Shown here: one piece after another, positions 57,685 to 64,000 of the stretch
How positions within the stretch are numbered: position 1 is the first letter of the stretch
Layout: the number at the start of each line of letters is the position of its first letter
Assembly: GCA_964016885.1 (NCBI GenBank)
Contig: OZ024748.1
Span: 16,926,001-16,990,000, forward strand
Source: Eledone cirrhosa
Taxonomy: Eukaryota
Length of the DNA stretch: 64,000 nt
Reading direction: 5' to 3'
Notes under the pieces: model-generated
Told to the model about the DNA's origin: nothing
Database searches by the model: none
Seen by the model: the letters and a program-made list of their open reading frames with translations, nothing else
Made by a program: the position numbers and the translations under genes

Positions 57685-57799
57685 AGGGGAATATCAGGTG
57701 TAGTGTTGGTGAATTTCGGGAAGCATGGAAGTTTTGATGGATGCAGTGTCCCGACAGCTAACAATTGATGCAGGTCGTTTGTTCATTGCTTCAGCAACT
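57685..57799 (-). mobile_element. CR1-like LINE 3' fragment
   Basis: VAEAMNKRPASIVSCRDTASIKTSMLPEIHQHYT* resembles the RVVNxWNxLPxxVVxAxSxxxFK terminal motif. Confidence 0.55.
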
Positions 57800-57803
57800 T
57801 TAA

Positions 57804-58028
57804 CCCTTTAGCTTTTAAACTGGCCATATCCGGCCAGAATTCTCTCACCTCTTTCTGTTCAAACCGGCTGTAACTAGCTGCTCATACTGATATTAAGGTA
57901 TTGTTCTCAAAATAAATAACATCATCATCAAAATCTTGTAGATTCCATATTATGAGATAATTATGTGAGGTAAAGCCTTTACCAAGAAAATATAATAGTA
58001 AATATAAAGTAATGTAAATGCTAAAGGG
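57804..58028. mobile_element. piggyBac-type MITE
   Basis: TTAA|CCCTTTAGC...GCTAAAGGG|TTAA: TIRs with TTAA TSD. Confidence 0.85.
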
Positions 58029-58356
58029 TTAAATAAATAATTAATTAAATAAATAAAGCAAATAAAAAAAAAAAATATGGCAAAGCCGGCCGTTAATCGC
58101 TCGTATATAGGAAACTGATTTGGCCCATCAGCCAGTCTGCTAATATGCAAATCAGGCCGATCACTCACTGTATATTTTAGAAAATATCATATATTTTCAC
58201 TTGCTCTGACAGTTGGCAGGTGATGATGGGTGATAACCAGAAACATTTGTGTTTGCAGCTCTGTTTACATGCCAACACAAGAGCAAGAATGAGGGGCTCA
58301 TTCTACTGACATGGCTTTAAAAAAGAGGCTGTTTGCATAATTGCAAACTAATCAAA

Positions 58357-58540
58357 TCGGTGGATTGGCAGTATTGGTAGAGCATCAAACAACATACATT
58401 GCAGCATAGTTACGGCCCTTTACGGTCTGAGTTCAAATCCTGCCGAGGTTAACTTTGCCGTTCATCCTTACGAGGTCAATAAAATAAAGTACCAGTAATG
58501 CACTGGGATAATTGCTGGCCTTGTACCAAAAGTAGAAGCA
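58357..58540 (+). mobile_element. Meta-like tRNA SINE
   Basis: Reverse-complement homolog of 57432-57616; B box GAGTTCAAATCC. Confidence 0.85.
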
Positions 58541-59154
58541 ATTATTATTAATATTCGAAAAACTCAGATTACATTTAATAAATGAAGCTATATAGTAGTA
58601 ATGTTATATTTCCCTTCTCTGTCACCTTTTGCTTTATTCTGCAAGATTTCTTAATGAAAATAATATTAGTTCCTAATTAATATAATGCTTTTTCTCCTCA
58701 CACACTTGTCATATTTGTAACCTTTTAATATTCTAATACATTATGTATATATTAACACAAACTTACCTGTGCAAATTTGATTTTGTAAGCATTAGTATAC
58801 CCAACAGAATACTTGGCATACACCACTTATTTTAAGATATAAAAATAACATAATTTTCTGTAGTAACAGCTAATATAAAAATATATATATATACACATAC
58901 ATATATGTGTATGTATGTTATGTATATAGTGAAAGATATATATATATTTGCGGTTTTGTATCTGTGTTTGTCATTTATATATATATGTGTGTGTGTGTGT
59001 GTATATCATCATCATCATTTTACGTCCGCTTTTTCCTTGCTTATATATAAACTATAAATATATATATATATTCGAAAAGTAAATAACAACAACAACGAGT
59101 AGTTACGAAAAGTGTTTTGTATTAGGTTCAAGCTTGAGAGTGTGGGGGGGGGGG

Positions 59155-59190
59155 CGACGACGTTTCGGGCATAAGCCCTTCATCAGGAGA
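59155..59190 (-). ncRNA. Hammerhead-like motif with degenerate stem I (family C)
   Basis: CUGAUGA-A-GGGC(UUAU)GCCC-GAAACGUC; stem I poorly paired. Confidence 0.6.
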
Positions 59191-59431
59191 AAGGTGGGAA
59201 GGAAAAGAGTTCCGAGCGGGTGTGACGGGGGAGTGGTGAAAAACATTAAAAGAAATTTGTGGTTTTGTATGTGTGTGTGTGTGTGTGTGTGTGTATACAT
59301 ATTTGTGGTTTTGTATGTGTGTGTGTATATATATATATATTTGTGGTTTTGTGTGTGTGTGTGTGTGTGTATACATATTTGTGGTTTTGTATGTGTGTAT
59401 ATATATATATTTGTGGTTTTGTATGTGTTTG

Positions 59432-59483
<52 letters not shown>

Positions 59484-59859
59484 AAGTTCTAATTTTATGT
59501 ATGTATGTATATATTTATGTGCTTTTGTATCTCTGTTTGTCATTTATATATATATATGTACACACACACAATGATAGAAAAAACTAGATACACACATACT
59601 ATATATATGAAACAAAATAAACATATATAAAAAAATTATGTGAGTTTGAAATATATTCGTTTGTTTGTTCGTTGAATCCCACCCCATGTTGGTATAATTA
59701 AAAGGCAATTAAATGATGGTAATTTAAAATGACATGTTCTGCTTAATTGAACTTTTTCAAAATCACTCAATCATTTATTTCAATAATAATGATTTTGAAT
59801 TGCCAATATTTGCTTAGTAATGTAAGTCATTGAACGAGAAAATTAGTACACTAAACTAT

Positions 59860-60920
59860 ATCAGATTATACTAGTTGTAGTTTGGTGAGTTCAAAACTGA
59901 TGATGGGTGGGTTAGTGTCAGCTATAGAATATATTGCTGGGTGAGTCCAACACTGATTGGAGGGGGGAATGTCAACTTCTGGTGGAGTCAGTTATAGAAT
60001 ATATTGCTGGATGAGTCCAAACTGATGATAGGTGGGTTAATGTCAACTATAGAATATATTGCTGGGTGAGTTCAATGCTGATAATAGGTGGGTTGGTGTC
60101 AACTTCTAGTGGATTCAACTGTAGAATATATTGGTGGGTGAATCCAAATCTAATTGGAGGTGGGGTGTCAACTTCTGATGGATTCAATTATTGGAGATAT
60201 TGGTGAGTCCAAAACTGAAGGGTGGGTAGGTGTCAACTTCCAATGGAGTCATTCAACTACAGATTATATTGGTGGGTGAGTCAATGTCTGATGGCATTAA
60301 CTACTGGATATATTGGGTGAGTTCACCATGAAGGGGTAGGTGGATCAAATTATGTTGGAGTTAACTATTAGATATATTGGGTGTGTCCACAGCTTCAGAA
60401 GAGAGTTGAGTCAACCCCTCCTCCACATTACCAGACAAAGATTGATGCAACTGGGTGAGTCAATTTCTGATCAGGGTCAATCACTGAAAATATTGGGAGA
60501 GTTCTCCCACAGCTGAGAGTTGGGTCAACTATACTGATGGGGTCAGCTACTGAATAAGTACATTGTTGGGTTAATCAAAGGGATGACTGAGTCACAATGA
60601 GTAGGAGTCAGTTAACAGTTGAGTGACTCAACACATCGGTGGGTTAGTAGATGAATGAATCAAAATATGGTTTACTCATTCACGAGTGGCTCAGTGAACA
60701 GCTAGCTGAACCAACACCTGGCTTAGTCAACACACAGCTCAATGAACAACTGGTTGAATCAACAGATAGTTTTCTTTGTTGATTCAACCAAATAAAGAAA
60801 TCTATAGTTAATAGCTGGCTCAGTGAACAACTGATCAGTCAAGTTATGAGTCAACAGCTGGCTGAATCAACATGTATGTTTTGTTAGTCAATATGTGAAT
60901 CAGTTAACAGATGGTTAAGC
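59860..60920. repeat. Old degenerate tandem arrays (~60-75-bp TAGAATATATTG.TGGGTGAGTCCAA units, then short AACAGCTGG.TGAATCAAC units)
   Basis: Recurring motifs with progressive decay. Confidence 0.7.
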
Positions 60921-61540
60921 CAAAAACTTGGTGGATAAAGATGTGATGTGACTCAAAGAAAATGCTTTTTTTTAAATAGAAATATAAATTGAAAGAAAAG
61001 AATGAAACTAATTAAAATATTCTGTTGGTTGTGTGTGTATTTCATTTTGGTGCTTTTGGTACCAACTTGACCAAAACCATCTCTAGTTCTATGAAACAAA
61101 ATCAACCATTTTATAGGGTTCCTATTTAAATTAAAATATTCCTGTAAATTTTTATATAAGAATGATATGTTAAGTTACTTAGTAATGAAATAATTTTAGT
61201 TAATGCTAAAATTCTTCATTAATTAATTGAAATAGTGGTTTTCATTAGAAATAAAACCATGAAAGTTGTCTCTTTTGATATCAATTGACTCTGGTTCTAT
61301 GAAATAAAATCCATTTTAAAGGATTCCTATTTAAATGTTCCAACTCCAACATAATCTCATATAAAAGAATGTGTTACGATATTATCTTGGTGCTTAAATA
61401 ATTCACGATATTGGTAAATGCCTCAAACTTCATCAATTAATCGAAATAATGAATTTCATTAGCAATATGGTCATAAAAGGGATAAAATAATGCTGCCTGT
61501 GTTTTTGACTTTTTTCTTTACAAAGTTTTTGCTATCTTTA

Positions 61541-61703
61541 TAACAGAAAAATACTAAAGTTCTGTATAACAGAAAAATACTAAAGTTCTGTATAACAGAA
61601 AAATACTAAAATTCTGTATAACAGATAAATACTAAAGTTCTGTATAACAGATAAATACTAAAGTTCTGTATAACAGAAAAATACTAAAGTTCTGTATAAC
61701 AGA
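61541..61703. repeat. 26-bp minisatellite, about 6 copies
   Basis: TAACAGAAAAATACTAAAGTTCTGTA tandem units. Confidence 0.95.
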
Positions 61704-61810
61704 TGAATACACATTTCTTTTTGAAATATTTTTTATTCATACAATTTAAATCTAACTTGCTTCACTAGTATTAGACCTGACGTAGCCAAATTAAAGTTGG
61801 CAAATATATA

Positions 61811-61857
<47 letters not shown>

Positions 61858-61889
61858 ATATATGTGTATGTATGTATATGTGTGTGTGT

Positions 61890-62076
61890 GTGTATATATA
61901 TATAAGATTATATGTGTGTATATATATATATATAAGATTATATGTGTGTGTATATATATAAGATTATATGTGTGTATATATATATAAGATTATATGTGTG
62001 TATATATATATATATAAGATTATATGTGTGTGTGTATATATATAAGATTATATGTGTGTATATATATATATAAGAT

Positions 62077-62108
<32 letters not shown>

Positions 62109-62690
62109 AGATTATATGTGTGTATATATATATAAGATTATATGTGTGTATATATATATATATAAGATTATATGTGTATATATACATATATAATCTTATA
62201 TATGTATATATACACATATAATCTTATATGTGTGTGTATATATACATATATAAGATTATATGTGTGTGTATATATACATATATAAGATTATATGTGTGTG
62301 TATATATACATATATAAGATTATATGTGTGTATATATACATATATAAGATTATATGTGTGTATATATACATATATAAGATTATATGTGTGTATATATACA
62401 TATATAAGATTATATGTGTGTATATATACATATATAAGATATGTGTGTATATATATATATAAGATTATATGTGTGTATATATATATATATAAGATTATAT
62501 GTGTGTGTATATATATAAGATATGTGTGTATATATATATATATAAGATTATATGTGTGTATATATACATATATAAGATATGTGTGTGTATATATATATAT
62601 AAGATTATATGTGTGTATATATATGTATATAAGATATGTGTGTATATATATATATAAGATTATATGTGTGTATATATACATATATAAGAT

Positions 62691-62744
<54 letters not shown>

Positions 62745-63110
62745 ATATGTGTGTATATATACATATATAAGATTATATGTGTGTATATATACATATATAA
62801 GATTATATGTGTGTATATATACATATATAAGATTATATGTGTGTATATATATATACAAGATTATATGTGTGTATATATATATATAAGATTATATGTGTGT
62901 ATATATACATATATAAGATTATATGTGTGTATATATATATATAAGATTATATGTGTGTATATATATATAAGATGATATGTGTGTATATATACATATATAA
63001 GATTATGTGTGTGTGTATATATACATATATAAGATTATATGTGTGTATATATATATATATATATAAGATTATATGTGTGTATATATATGTATATAAGATT
63101 ATATGTGTAT
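61890..63110. repeat. Compound satellite TAAGATTATATGTGTG(TA)n with a short internal inversion (about 62180-62230)
   Basis: Direct reading; TAATCTTA units reversed near 62191 and 62220. Confidence 0.9.
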
Positions 63111-63570
63111 GTATATTATCTTTTGTCGTTTGACTTTTTTAATAATTTTCATTTTTACTTTAAAATGTACATTTGAAAAAAAAAAAAATGTTATTTAACA
63201 CTTCAAATCTTTTTTATATCATGTTTAATGTCTTACTCTTGCTTAAAACAAGTGGAAATCTCTCTATCAATTATAAGGAATCTTTCTTAGATTACATGGA
63301 GATAGAGACTGCTAGAGAAAGTGGGAGGCATCAATAAACCATGTAGTTTATTATTTTTTATTTTAGGTAAGAAAGATCAATAGGTGATTAATAGGTGATA
63401 GTATGGAGAAACATTTTTGGTATGTTGCTTTGTTCTGTCGTTAATGGTTCCATTAGAAGTCAACTTATATTTTAATGGCAATGTTGTTATTGAAGTCTGA
63501 GAGATAGTTTTCAGCATATATATGCATGCATTTATACATATATGTAGATATATATGTATGTATATATGTA

Positions 63571-63606
<36 letters not shown>

Positions 63607-64000
63607 TGTATGTAGATATATATGTATGTATATATGTATGTATATATATCTATGTATGTATATATGTGTATATATATATCTATGTATGTATGTATATATG
63701 TGTATATATATATCTATGTATGTATGTATGCATGTATATATGTGTATATATATATGTATGTATGTATGTATATGTATGTATGTATATATATCTATGTATG
63801 TATACATGTGTGTATATATATCTATGTATGTATACATGTGTATATATATATCTATGTATGTATACATGTGTATATATATATCTATGTATGTATGTATATA
63901 TATCTATGTATGTATATATCTATGTATGTATATATATATATATATATCTATGTATGTATATATGTATATCTATGTATATATATATATATCTATGTATATA

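Overview
Repeat-dominated animal genomic DNA, almost certainly from an octopus-like coleoid cephalopod. This is inferred from the very long (TA)n/(TATG)n/(CA)n microsatellites and the tRNA-derived SINE and RTE LINE families. No host protein-coding gene can be supported, and nearly all ORFs in the track are microsatellite translations. The window looks like intergenic or giant-intron sequence. Recognisable content: (1) a young RTE LINE (RT with YADDL and an inserted PHD finger) in a 5'-inverted, twin-priming-like layout, plus many RTE 3' fragments; (2) a Penelope-like element with a GIY-YIG endonuclease remnant and inverted terminal repeats; (3) at least seven minimal type-I hammerhead ribozyme motifs in several short Penelope-type terminal fragments, often fold-backs sitting in (TA)n tracts; (4) R4/Dong-like and CR1-like LINE ends; (5) two or three tRNA-SINE families; (6) hAT, piggyBac and Tc1-type MITEs, the hAT and piggyBac ones with visible TSDs; (7) a solo LTR with a 39-bp minisatellite expansion; (8) several minisatellites, some clearly born from retroposon sequence. 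The most interesting system is the dense set of ribozyme-bearing, TA-embedded fold-back mini-retroelements.
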